Of a stretch of 64,000 nucleotides of DNA, positions 25,835 through 38,550 are shown piece by piece; the first letter of the stretch is position 1, and every line of letters begins with the position of its first letter. The notes beneath the pieces are model-generated. The model worked only from the letters and a program-made list of their open reading frames with translations, was not told where the DNA came from and searched no databases. The position numbers and the translations under genes were made by a program. Origin of the DNA: Nymphaea colorata. Its lineage: Eukaryota. The stretch is from the NCBI RefSeq assembly GCF_008831285.2, contig NC_045138.2, forward strand, positions 8,246,001 through 8,310,000, given 5' to 3'.

Positions 25835-26539
25835 TGTTGGGTTGGGTCCAGCTTCAAAAGAGGACCCGACCCGGCCCATCACTTAAGTGACGGGCGGGTG
25901 AAGGGGAGGGCACCCGATGGTGCCCCTTCCTCTTACGACGCCTCTCACATCTCTCTCTCTCTCTCTCGTTGTTCTCTTTTGGGGAAAAAGAGAAGGGGAC
26001 CTCTTGTGGCTGCATAGGGCAAGAAGAGAAGGAGAAGGAGAAGAAGAAGAGGAAGGCAAGGAAGAGAAGAAGGAGAAATCGCAGCAAGGTGTGTGGGTCC
26101 ATCGACACGCCAAGAAGAGAGAGAAAAGACAAAGAAGAAAGAGAAAATGAAGGGAGTCTTCATTGGGTGATTTCTTTTTTGAATATTTGGGGCTCTTTCT
26201 TTCATTCGCATAAGAGATTGTTATTGCTCTCTTGAGTTCACTGTTTTTCTTAAAACAGTAGGGATATTGTTGCTCGTGTATTTGGCTCCCTTTCTTGATA
26301 TATAGAAAGTCTCTCTTGCCCGTGGTTTTTTACCTTATTATTGGGGGTTTTTCCACGTAAATTTGTGTCTCCTATTTTTCTGCATCTCTAGCATATATTT
26401 TGATATATATTGCTGCAACATTGGTGTTGGAAATTCAATCTTATGCTCGTTGCCCTGTGATTCCATTTTTAGCAGTTTTGTGGTGGTTTGCTCTCTTTTA
26501 TTGTTATTGAGCATTCTTTTGGGGGACACGACTATAACA
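25835..26539 (+). repeat. 5' LTR
   Basis: Direct repeat of 30530-31234; about 22 substitutions by manual count, same length. Confidence 0.96.
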
Positions 26540-26599
26540 AAGTGGTATCAGAGCCAGGTTAGCGCCAGGTTGGTTGTGTGCATTCTTACCCATTGAGAA

Positions 26600-29500
26600 C
26601 CAGAAGCCAGCGAATATAACAGATAAAAAATGAAAGTTATTGGATAGGAAAACCATTGGCACCATCAGACAATGGTTAGATGACTGTGTTTTTCATTTGG
26701 TATCCGCAGAGACGAGCGCGAAGTCGTTATGGCAGAAGTTGCATGACCTTTACGAGAGGAAAACAGCTGGGAACAAGGCTTTCTTGATTAGGCAATTGGT
26801 AAATCTGAAACTTAGAGAGGGAAAACCAGTGTCAGAGCATTTGAATGAAGTGCAGAGCATAATCAATCAGTTGTCAGCCATGAAAATGATATTAGATGAT
26901 GAGTTACAGGCACTCTTGTTGCTTAGTTCTCTTCCCGACAGTTGGAAGACTTTAGTTGTTTCTTTGAGCAACTCTGCTCCAGATGGTGTGCTTACGATGA
27001 AGCATGTAACCAGCAGCATTCTAAATGAAGAAACAAGGAGAAAGTCTCTTGGTACTGGTAGCTCGCAAGTGCTAGTGATGGGAGACAGGGGCAGACACAA
27101 GAACCGTAACAAATGGCATGACAGGTCAAACTCTAGGTCCAAAACCCAAGATGACAGGTAAATGCTTTCACTGTGGTATTCTAGGGCACAAGAAGATTGA
27201 TTGCAGAAAATAGAAAGAAGAAAAAGAACAGAAAAAGAAGAGTCAAGAGAATGTGAATCCAAAAGAGTACACTGCAGTTGCTTCAGATGATGAGGTAGTG
27301 TTATTTTTATCTGAAGAAAATGATTGTCTTGCAGTTCAGAATGGTGATTCTACATGGATTTTAGATACAGAGGCATCATATCATGTCACACCATATAGAG
27401 AGTTATTCTTATCCTACAGAGCAGGTGATTTTGGAGTAGTTCACATGGGCAACAGTGATACTTCGAAGATTGTTGGGATAGGAGATGTTTGTATTCAGAC
27501 GAGCACAGGATGCAAATTGACTTTGGGAGATGTGAGACATGTTCCAGACTTGAGAATGAATTTGATTTCTGTAGGAAGACTAAGTGAAGATGGATATTGT
27601 ACTTCGTTTTGTCAGACAGGTTGGAAACTTACCAAAGGGGCACTAGTGTTGGCTAGAGGTGACAGATTTGGCTCTTTGTATGGGATGAAGTCTCGAATCA
27701 GTAGTGTGGATGTCAATGCAGTTACTGGTGGTACTTCGTCAGATTTGTGGCATAAGAGGTTAGGTCACATGAGTCAAAGAGGAATCGACTTACTCACCAA
27801 GAAGAATTTGTTACCAAAGACAGATGGTGCACAGATATCTCCATGTGATCATTGTTTGGTTGGTAAGTTGCATCGAGTTTCCTTTCATAAAAAGCGCTCT
27901 TCAAAAACTAAATATATTTTAGATTTAGTTTATTCAAATGTATGTGGACCTATAAATGTGACATCTAAAGGTGGAGCATCCTATTTTGTTACATTTATTG
28001 ATGATGCATCTAGGAAGGTGTGAGCCTTTACAATGAAAAGCAAAAGTGAAGTAAGTAGTATCTTCATGACTTTTCATGCAGCGGTTGAGCGCGAGACTGG
28101 TAAGAAGATGAAGAGACTACGTACAGATAATGGTGGTGAGTACGTAGCATCTTCTTTACGAGATTATTGTCTAAAGCATGGTATTAGACATGAAAAGACA
28201 GTTCCTTATACTCCACAACATAATAGAGTTGCAGAAAGGATGAATAGAACAATAATTGAGAGAGTTAGAAGTTTGTTATCTAGCTCTAAGCTGCCTAAGT
28301 ATTTTTGGGCAGAGGCAATGCGTACTGCAGTTTATTTAGTAAACAGGTCTCCTTCAGTGCCTCTAGATGGAGACATTCCACAGAGAGTTTGGTCAGATGA
28401 AGAGGTTAGGTATGATCACCTCAGAGTTTCTTGTTGCAAAGCGTTTATGCATGTACCTAAAGAACGTAGGACCAAATTAGATGATAAAGCTATTCCTCTA
28501 ATATTTCTTGGTTATGCAGATGATGAATTTGGTTACAGGTTATGGGATCCAAAGAATGACAAAATCTACAGGAGTCGTGATGTTATCTTCAGAGATGATC
28601 AGACTATTGAAGATGTCATGGGAGGTACGAAGTCAGGTGTGAATGCTAGTGGTATTCATGAGTCAACTTATGCAGAACCTGAAGAACTTTCATCTGAGCA
28701 TGGTGAGACTGATGAAGATGTAGAGGAAGAGGAAAGAGAGGTAGATGAGCAGTATACAGACGGCAGCCCTATGGAGACTCAAACTGATCATGAGCATGAG
28801 TTGGAGGGGGAGCTTCCTCCGCATTTAGAACCAATTGAGAAGCAATTTGGAAGAGGTAAAAGAATACGTATACCATCTACTAGATATTCTACTGATGAAT
28901 ATATTATATTTACAGATAGTGGAGAGCCAGAATGCTATGCAGAGGTGCTAGATGATGTGCATAAAGATGAATGGATTAAAGCTATGAAGGATGAGATGAA
29001 TTCTTTATAGAAGAATCACACTTTTGATTTGGTAGAGTCACCAAAGTGTTGCAGAACAAGTGGGTCTATAAGCTTAAAAATGAAGGTCAAGGCAAGTTGA
29101 AATACAAAGCTCGGTTAGTGGTGAAAGGTTTCAAGCATGAAAGAGGTATTGATTTTGATGAAATTTTTTCTCCTGTGGTTAAAATATCATCTATCAGGGT
29201 AATACTTGGTTTGGTGGCATGTCTAGATTTGGAGTTGGAGCAGTTAGATGTAAAAACTGCTTTTCTTCATGGAGATCTAGAGGAAGAAATCTACACGACA
29301 CAACCAGAAGGTTTTGTGGTTGCCAGGAAGAAACACATGGTTTTTAAGTTGAAGAAGAGCTTGTATGGACTTAAACAAGCACCTAGACAGTGATACAAGA
29401 AATTTGATGCATTTATGATAAATCAAAAGTATCGCAGGTCAGCCATAGATTATTGTGTCTACATCAGAGAGTTCTCATCAGGTAGCTTCATTATCTTGTT

Positions 29501-30479
29501 ATTATATGTAGATGTCATGCTTATTGTTGGACATGATTGTCAATTGATTAGCCAATTGAAGATCGATATGGACAAGTTCTTTGATATGAAAGACTTGGGG
29601 CTAGCACAACAATTGTTAGGCATGAGAATTGTTCGTGACAGGAAGGCCAAGAAGCTGTGGTTATCACAAGAGAAATACATTGAGAGGGTGCTTAGCAAGT
29701 TCAGCATGAAAGATGCCAAAACAGTAAGTACACCTTTAGCAGCACATTTTAAATTGGGAAATGAGCAATGTCCATCCTCAGCAGATGAGAAAGAAAGAAT
29801 GGAGAATGTTCCCTATGCCTCCGCAGTAGGGAGTCTTATGTATGCTATGGTTTGCACCCGTCCAGACTTGGCTTATGCAGTTGGTGTAGTTAGCAGGTTC
29901 TTGTCAGATCCAGGCAAGGAGCATTGGGCAGCAGTGAAGTGGATCCTAAGGTATCTGAAAAGTATTTCTAATTACTGTTTATGTTTTGGTGAATCTAACC
30001 CAGAGATACAAGGATTTGTTGATGCAGACATGGCAGGTGACTTGAACTCTAGGAAGTCTCTTTCTGGTTATGTTTTTACTTTTGCAGGGGGAGCTGTATC
30101 ATGACAGTCCATGCAGAAGTGTGTTGCTCTTTCCACTACAGAGGCAGAATATATTGCAGCAACTGAAGCTTGTAAAGAGTTGTTGTGGATGAAGAGTTTT
30201 CTTCATGATATATGCCTTAGTCAGAAGACCTATGTGTTGCATTGTGATAGCCAAAGCGCTATACATTTGGCGAAGAATTCAGCGTTCCACTCAAGGACTA
30301 AGCACATTGATGTCAGATATCATTGGATACGTGATGTGCTTGAGCAGAAACTGATTCAGTTAGAGAAGATACAGACAAAAAAGAATCCTGCAGATATGAT
30401 GACAAAGTCTTTACTTAAGGAAAAGCATAACATGTGTAGAGACTTAGTTGAGGTGACTGCCTTTAAGGCAGTGTATTAA
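26600..30479 (+). pseudogene. Copia gag-pol polyprotein, disrupted
   Basis: gag, CCHC knuckle (CFHCGILGHKKIDC), protease (WILDTEAS), integrase (WHKRLGH, LRTDNGGEY), RT (QLDVKTAFLHG, LLLYVDV), RNase H (ALSTTEAEY, CDSQSAI); in-frame stops at 28021, 29008, 29391, 30102 plus frameshifts. Confidence 0.95.
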
Positions 30480-30529
30480 TTTGTTCATTTTGCAGGTATG
30501 ATCCCTCTCTTGAGGCTGGAGGGGGAATT

Positions 30530-31234
30530 TGTTGGGTTGGGTCCAGTCTCAAAAGAGGACCCGACCCAGCCCGTCACTTAAGTGACGGGTGGGTGAAGGG
30601 GAGGGCACCCAATGGTGCCCCTCCCTCTTACGACGCCTCTCACATCTCTCTCTCTCTCTCTCGTTGTTCTCTTTTGGGGAAAAAGAGAAGGGGACCTCTT
30701 GTGGCTGCATAGGGCAAGAGGAGAAGGAGAAGAAGAAGAAGAAGAGGAAGGCAAGGAAGAGAAGAAGGAGAAATCGCAGCAAGGTGCGTGGGTCCATCGA
30801 CACGCCAAGAAGAGAGAGGAAAGACAAAGAAGAAAGAGAAAATGAAGGGAGTCTTCATTGGGTGATTTCTTTCTTGAATCTTTGGGGCTCTTTCTTTCAT
30901 TCGCATAAGAGATTGTTATTGCTCTCTTGAGTTCACTGTTTTTCTTAAACCAGTAGGGATATTGTTGCTCGTGTATTTGGCTCCCTTTCTTGATATATAG
31001 AAAGTCTCTCTTGCCCGTGGTTTTTTACCTTATTATTGGGGGTTTTTCCATGTAAATTGGTGTCTCCTATTTTTCTGCATCTCTAGCATATATTTTGATA
31101 TATATTGCTGCAACATTGGTGTTAGAAATTCAATCTTATGCTCGCTGCCCTGTGATTCCGTTTTTAGCAGTTTTGTGGTGGTTTGCCCTCTTTTATTGTT
31201 GTTGAGCATTCTTTTGGGGGACACTACTATAACA
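30530..31234 (+). repeat. 3' LTR
   Basis: Direct repeat of 25835-26539, preceded by the PPT and followed by TSD CTGCC. Confidence 0.96.
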
Positions 31235-31319
31235 CTGCCCACTATCGACTCCTACAATTTTTTCTTTTGAATTTTGTAAGTCCTTAAAATTATTTTTTTG
31301 TCAAATAAATGCACGCTTC

Positions 31320-31322
<3 letters not shown>

Positions 31323-31360
<38 letters not shown>
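31323..31360. repeat. (AG)n microsatellite
   Basis: Pure dinucleotide run. Confidence 0.95.
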
Positions 31361-31364
<4 letters not shown>

Positions 31365-31532
31365 GACTAGAACATTCAAATAACATAAACTCATCCACTA
31401 ACTCTGTGATTGCTGTCATTTGCTAGCTTTGTTTAAAATAACAAAACAAGCAATTTACCTTAACAGGGCAAGGTCAAAGATGAATCCGTTATTAATATGA
31501 AAAAGAAATTAAGAATGGAAAAGACCTTTCAT

Positions 31533-31845
31533 TAAGCTTGGCCACGGGGCCCGACCTGATACTTTACATCTGAATTCGGATTTGGCCTAGTTTGACCCAA
31601 TTAAAATAAAAAAACGTTTTCTAAAATTAAAAAAAAAATGTAAAATATATTTTTGATAATAAATATATTATTATTAAATAAAAATAATACCAAAAAAATA
31701 ATCGAGTTGAATCGGGCTTTATCCAGCCGGTCCCAATTCATTTTTTCAGGTCCGAATTGGAGCCCGATGTTCGTTCAAGAAACGTGCACCCATATGCTGA
31801 ACTTCTTTTGCCGGTGGGTGGAGCTCAACGAAGGTGTCCCAACTA
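31533..31845. mobile_element. Probable MITE (GGCCC-rich ends, AT-rich core)
   Basis: Same layout as 2878-3144; not alignable with the corresponding part of duplicate copy B. Ends approximate. Confidence 0.5.
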
Positions 31846-32720
31846 TTGGCATCTGACGGTCATAAGCGGCCGTGTGGCCCTCCATCCAAGTGGATGGAGC
31901 TCTTGTTAGCACATCATTATTATATAAGTTTTGTCCATCTCCATGTGTCACATAAAAAGTTGGGAAGGTGGTGAGCTTACGTATCTCGTGCACAGCCTTT
32001 CACTTTCATGACATGGAAAATTCCAGGCACTTTTTAGGCGAGTGGGAGTAAATATCAGCGCTTCACCTCTCCCAACCCAACCGTGGAGCATGCCAGAAAA
32101 TTTAAGACGAGGTATAAAAATATGGAATTTTTATGGGGTTGGTGTAGGCAACCATCCACATGTCCACACGTTTCTACATGCATGTGCAGAGATTGAATTT
32201 TGTATTTCATTTTAAACAAGAATTGCATTTGATTGAGAATATCTCTGTATTTCATTATAGATTGGGAAATTGTATAAGATCCTTGAATTAATCTGAGATG
32301 GTATTAATAATTGATCTTTGATTTGGTTCAAAAATTGGAGTTTCAAAAATTAAGAGTTTTGATAGGAAATTGAATTTTTCAATGGATTTACGATTTGAAA
32401 TTAGATTTTTAGATAGAATTTAAAGATTGATATTAGATTTTTGAATTGAACTGGGGATCAAAATAGGATTTTTGAAATTGAAAGCTTGTATTGGTAATTG
32501 AAACGGTCTAGATCTTAGAAATTCCTGGAACTGAAACTTGTTTTTTAAACCAAATTTTGGTTGTAGACAATTAGATTTAGCTCTTAAAGATTGAAATTTT
32601 GAAGTTTGGGAATAGCTGGAAACAGACCAATATTTTGGGATTTTGAACTCGGTTTTTGAAAGTATTTAGAAAAACTTGATTTTATTTAGTTGATGAGTTT
32701 AAAAAATTGGATAGACTTGA

Positions 32721-34000
32721 AGGGGACCGGCTTCTACGTCGGTCCCCATGAAGGTTGACATATAACGTTGTGGGCAGTTTACAGAACCCCGGAAAATCTT
32801 AGTACATGACGCTCCTTTTTGGCATTAGGGATAAACTATTGGCCCTTAATCACAATTTCTTTTTCATAAACTAAAATGAGATTTGGTTACTTTCCACAGC
32901 CTTGTTTCACGCGGCTTCCACTGAGAAGTGCCGACCAGCCGACTCTCTGCCGCTATGGACTCCTATAATTTTTCCTTTTGAATTTTTTAGGTTTTGAAAT
33001 TACTTTTTTTATCAAACAAATGCACGCTTCAAAACAAGAAGAGAAAGAGAGAGGGGAGTGACTTTGAAGATCAAGGCATACGGAATATTTTTCAGGTAGT
33101 GTAAACTCATGCACCGACTCTAAGATGGCTTTGATTTGCTATTCTTTTTTAAAATGATAAAAAACGAAAAATTTATCTTAAAAGCACAAGGTCAAAGATG
33201 ACTTTACTACTAATCTGAAAAGTTAAAACATTTTCATTAGTCATTCCATGCCGAGGAGCGCATTCTCTTATACATTAGGACTGGAGACATCTACACCTAA
33301 ACGTTCAACTCCAAGCTCCAGCTTCTTTTAGCCTGGTGGATGAACCAATCGCGAGACATGCTTAGGTGTAGGCGTCAGAATGTTTAGCATCTCTTGGCCA
33401 TAAGTGGCTCTTTAGCAAGTGGATGGATTTCTGGTTGACTATTATATTATACAATTTTTACTTTTTTTCAGAGGAAAGTTAGAAATTTTTTTCATGGGCT
33501 TTAAATATATAATTAACCAATTTTCAATTGACCATGAAATAATGACCCCAGTATCATAGACAGTCTTATATAACTATATAAGTCTTATATAACTATATAT
33601 AAATCCAAATTCACCCATAATCAACCACTAATTTAATTTTCCATATAATAAGCACATGGGGCATACGCCCCATGAAGCCCTTGTCGATTTTGTTCTGCAG
33701 ATTTTTACCTTTGTGAAGTTACATATCTAGCGCATAGTTTTCGCTTTCATGACAAGAAAAATTGACCTTTAAGAGCTCTCAAAGACATTTTCCCAAAGAG
33801 TAATATTCTACTACTCGAGTGAGGGCCAAAACTTTTCAACTTTCTCAACAGAGGTAGAAAATTTAAGTTGAGGAGTACTAATTTAAAATCACTTGTATCT
33901 TTAGGAGAATTATTGTACATAAATGAGCAAAAAGTTAAACGTATTAATATAAAAATAAAGAATTTTTATAGGATTGGTGTAGGCAACTGCTTACAACTAC
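32721..34000 (+). repeat. Copy B of the local non-coding duplication (empty site for the copia)
   Basis: GGGGAC.GGCTTCTACG.CGGTCC.(T/C)ATGAAGGTTGACAT ... CTCTGCCGCTATGGACTCCTA reads straight through the position where copy A holds the copia. Confidence 0.8.
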
Positions 34001-37000
34001 CTACATATGACTCCATCAATGCATCCGCTTGCTGGCGGTAGACCCTTTTCCATTATTGAACAAAATTAAGTGTACTTCAAGATAAGGGTTAGCCCAAATA
34101 CAAAACTACCAGAAGATAGGCTAACCTTCACGGTAGCATAACCCAAGAGCTGACTTAGCTTTTCAAGAACAAAAATAGAGAACCTATAACATGATACTAC
34201 GGACACAAAAAAAATCCCCACTATTTTGAACATTAGATTAGCCTGTATAAACAAACCAAGATCCACCATGGGTGCCCAAGCTCCACAGTGAGCCTACTCT
34301 CATTTCTAAGAAGGAATTCACCACCATTCCTGTAAGGCTCGACATTTTTGCAAGTGGGCCGGATTGGGTCCAGACCCAGACCCGAACCCACTTGCGTTAG
34401 GAGCCCGACGCGGGGACTCTTCTCCCTTGCCTCCCTCTTCGTCTCTTCCTCCGCTACGACCATGAAACAGGAGGCAGAGGTGTGGCAGCTGCATCGGAGG
34501 TGAAGGGCGGCGGCGCTCAGGTGAGTCTGTCGGTCTTCCTTGGCCTCTTCCTTCTTCCTTCTTCTTCCTTCTCCTTCTCCCTCCTTCGCAGCACTCTCGC
34601 CCCTCTGCCCACGCCCTTTCCTTCTCGCACGGCCTCCCTCCTGCGCAACCCTCTTCCTTCTCCATAAGCGCCCTCATTCTGCCCGCGCGCTCTCTCTGTT
34701 TCTCTACTCGAGCTCTCTCTCTCCCCGCCTCTTCTATCTCCTCCTTTCCATCTCCCCCATTTCCCTGCTCGATTCCCCCTCTTTGCTTGTCTCTCCCCTC
34801 TGTCAAAACTCTCTTCACCAGACTTCCCTCTCTGAACGCCCTCTTTCTCACGCACCCGCTCTCTCTCCCTCGCCACTCTCCTTCTCCTTCCCACCAGTTC
34901 ACTCCTGCACGGTCCCTTTTGCTCTGCTACCCTCTCGTCTCCAGTCTCCTGCATCCTTTCCCCCCCTACCCAAACTCTGGTGGTCAGTCTTCCTCTCCTC
35001 ATTTTCTATTTGTTTTCCCCTCTCACCTTCAACCGAACCTCATTCTCACGGCCGGATGCCTTTTTCTAACGACAGATTCCTCTTTTGACCTCTCTTTCGC
35101 TAAATCTCACCCTATTTATGGGTGTTTGGTCGGTTTGCAGCTTGAAAACGCATCTTTCCCCTCGTACTAGTGAAATGAAGGCATTGGTGGTGAAGGCAAT
35201 GAGCAATCACTGGCTTTGGTGCTCAATCAAACATTTGAGGTGGCTGCCGAGAACATTGCAGCAGTTTGGACACTAAGATTGGGGTGAGCAATGCTAATCG
35301 AACTTAAATTATTAAAAATTTATTGTTAGTGCATGTATAATTATTATTTGAGCATGTTAGACTCATGATTCGATGATTTAGAATGCATATTAGCAATGTT
35401 GCTATTTTGAGGAAAGTTTATCACTATTTTGAGAATGGCGAAGATCTACGTGTGTCCATCTAGCATGTTGGGTTAATTTTTGAAGCGATTAAGAAACATG
35501 GTAGAGATTTGATGTGGTTGAGAAGATTTAGAACCCTTTTTGGGAACATGTGGCGCATGCTATTGTGAATGTGTGCATCATGGCGTTAGTTGAGAAAGAA
35601 TATGTAAGTTGGGTGTAACTATTGGGTAGACGTCTCAACTATGAAAGCAAGGGAGAAACGTATTATGGATTGGTTAAATCGAAAGCTCGAAACATAAGTC
35701 ATTTAGTCAAAGGAAGAGACCTATTGGAGGGCTTTGTGGGTCGATACTATCCGTCGACACCCTTTTCAGGCGTTGACCCATGCCTCAATTATTTATTTTA
35801 TACTTGTCTAGATTGTAAAGCGAAGTGAGTAGAGAACTTATCACTTGTTTATGTTTGTAGGTACACCGGACACATTCAGTATGGGCAATAACTCACGAAG
35901 TGAACCAACTTGCATATGCACTTCGCGAGTGCACCTATACCTCAAATTGCCTCCCAATGAGGGCTACACATATAGTTACCCGTATGGGCAATAACTTGCG
36001 AAGTGAACCAACTTCATGAGTTAGCCGGTCATTTTGTGAATGTGCTTTCATAATGATAAGTAAGAAAGAATAAGATATGAGAGGCCAGTGGGTTGTGGCA
36101 ATGTATTTGGTAGTTACCATAATTGTGAATGCTAAGCCTTCTATTGTTTTTCTTTTTCAGTTTTTTGTGGATCTGAGGCAGCAAGTTGATCAGGTGGCTT
36201 TACTCACAGCCTACTGGGAAGGTTTTGGGTCTATTGTAGTGTCGACACGTCTTGTTTTGATCTTATTGATGTCTTATTTTTGTTAGGCATCAATATTGTG
36301 GTTTTGGGACATTTTTGTCATATGGGTTATCAAGAAATGTGAAGTGATTTTGTATGAACAGGAATTATTTATATAATGAAAAGTTTGCCCCCATTGTCTT
36401 TGAATTGGATAGCTTCTTTTCTTTTGAATTGTTGTGTTGTCTCACCTCAATGTTTTATATTTTAACAAAAAACAAAATTATTTGAGGGTCAAAGGGTTGG
36501 AGGGTGACAATTGCCCCTGTACTCAAAATCTAAAGTTGTATCGGGATGTAGATGACAAACTATACCATCAATTCAACATCAGCATCATGTTGAAGCTGGT
36601 TATGGGCATGAAATTTCATGCGAGCATGGTTACTGATGAAAACGCCCCTATTTAAATAGAAAAAAGCACAGAAAATAAAAAAAAAAGTAAAAAAAACGAC
36701 ATTTTTTTTCAAGCAGTTCAAAAATGTCTCATTTTTTCCTTTGGGGTATATATTTTAATTATGAGAATGTTCTCATTTATGTGATGATGTGAAGACCATG
36801 ACACATGCATATAGAAGGGTTCAATTTGTCACTTGTTGCAACATACTTCAAGAGTTGGTTGACTGGACAAGTATAATGTGATACACACGTGAAGAGTATT
36901 GACATGTTAGTAGATGACACCAACTCCATGATTTTTGTCAACCTTCCACCTTCAAAGCGGGTGTCATGATTGACACATAAAGTTGCTGATCTATAGGTAA

Positions 37001-37220
37001 TAGTTGATTGTTAATTATATGTTGAATGGTTCATTATTTGATGTTTCAACATTTCTTGTGTGTTTATTGTTCTTTGATGATGTTTGCAATGGATGTTTTT
37101 CATATATGTTGGTGATGTTAATTCTGTCAAGCAAGTTCAGTAGCTTTTTCAACATGCTTGTACACTTTTTGGATGAAAAGTTTTTCAACATTTTTTATTA
37201 TTTTGGTTCATGCAGTTTAG

Positions 37221-38550
37221 TTGAAATGGTTGATATCGACATGTGCAATGATGGCGAAGAATAACAGTGTTATTTGTTTTGGGTGTTTGTCTTCATCTTT
37301 TTTTTTGTTAAGACGATTACCTCAAACTAAGAGGACTGTTCATTCTTTTAGAGAACTTGGTCTTCTATTTGTTCAACTCATGCTTCAAGGTCATCATAGA
37401 AATTGTCTGGACTTGCTTTGTATGGATTGGCGCACATATATCACATTATGTAATACTCTAAGAACTAGGAATTTATTGGAGGATGCTCATGACATTAGTA
37501 TAGAAGAACAAACAGCTATATTTTTATTGACCATTAGACATAATGAACGCAATCGTGTCACTTACAATACGTTTCAACATTCTGGACAAACAATAGGTAA
37601 ATATGTTAGTCTTGTCCTACTAGCAATATGTGTATTGAGTAAGGACTACATCTGGCAGCCCAACAATGAGATGCCAACTAATATTCGACTATCTGAACGG
37701 TTCTTTCCATATTTTCAGGTAATTTCATAACCATAAATTCACCATGTCACATGCAAGATATCTAATTTGCATATGTGCATATATGATTGTTTATGAGAAA
37801 TTGATGGCATCTATATACCTATATGGATCTCAACATCAGATCAAGCAAGATTTTCCAATAGAAAAGGAGTCATCTCTCAAAATGTCACGGCTGTAGTTGG
37901 ATTCGACACTCAAATCCACTACGTCTTGGCAGATGGGAAGGAAGTACAACAAACTCAAGAGTATTATATAATGCACTTGATCATCCGACTGACCCATTTG
38001 TTGTGCCACAAGGTACGTACTTCCACCAAACATTGCATACATTTTTATTGACATACAGCAAGGTTTGAAGAATTTGTGTTCACTTGTAGAAAAATATTAT
38101 CTTATCAATAGAGGTTATCCAAACATTGTTGGTTTGCTAACACCTTATCAGAGGTATCATTATCATATGTCTGAGTTTAATGCACTTTGGCACGTACACC
38201 TAGAACTCCAGAAGAATTATTCAACCATAGGCATTCAACACTCTGAAATGTAGCAGAAAGCACTTTCGGTAAGTTGAAAGGACAATTTCTAATATTGAAA
38301 ATGCAAGTGCAATATCCATTCCAAAAACAAATTCAAATTATTTTTACTACATGTGTATTATACTACTTCATAATTGAACACAATCCAAATGCCGAGCAAT
38401 TTTTTGATGAAGATGCTCCTTCGAATGATAATGGTTTTGTAAGCGAACCCAAAATTGCAAGACAAACACATCAACGAGGAAGCAACAATTCTATGGGAAC
38501 AACTATAACAACTCAAATGTTTACAGACTATCAATTGAATAGTAAGTTTA
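37221..38550 (+). pseudogene. PIF/Harbinger DDE transposase relic (HARBI1/ALP1-like)
   Basis: Motifs ISIEEQTAIFLLTI..NERNR...FQHSGQTI, RFFPYF, IDGIYIP, QNVTAVVGFD..IHYVLA, KYYLINRGY, LFNHRHS, ESTFGKLKGQFLIL; frameshifts and stops; element termini not found. Confidence 0.85.

Larger units (their letters stand above)
25835..31234 (+). mobile_element. Full-length Tnt1-like Ty1/copia LTR retrotransposon (5400 bp), inactivated
   Basis: 705-bp LTRs TG...CA at 25835-26539 and 30530-31234; TSD CTGCC at 25830-25834 and 31235-31239; PBS TGGTATCAGAGCC at 26543; PPT GGAGGGGGAA at 30518; gag-PR-INT-RT-RH order. Confidence 0.97.
25575..32160 (+). repeat. Copy A of a ~1.3-kb local non-coding duplication, interrupted by the copia at 25835-31234 and a MITE
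   Basis: 25575-25834 joined to 31240-31530 and 31880-32160 aligns collinearly with 32721-34000. Confidence 0.8.

Noticed and set aside
25854..26235. ORFs repeated at 30549-30930
   Set aside because: They lie within the two LTRs and derive from GA-rich repeats.
26600..30479. Strand-biased G-to-A hypermutation (many TGG to stop changes)
   Set aside because: LTR differences are balanced between A/G and C/T by my count; the bias is likely ascertainment on ordinary transition decay.
34318..35170. ORFs of 127-194 aa on both strands
   Set aside because: Low-complexity CT/GA-rich sequence without protein motifs.
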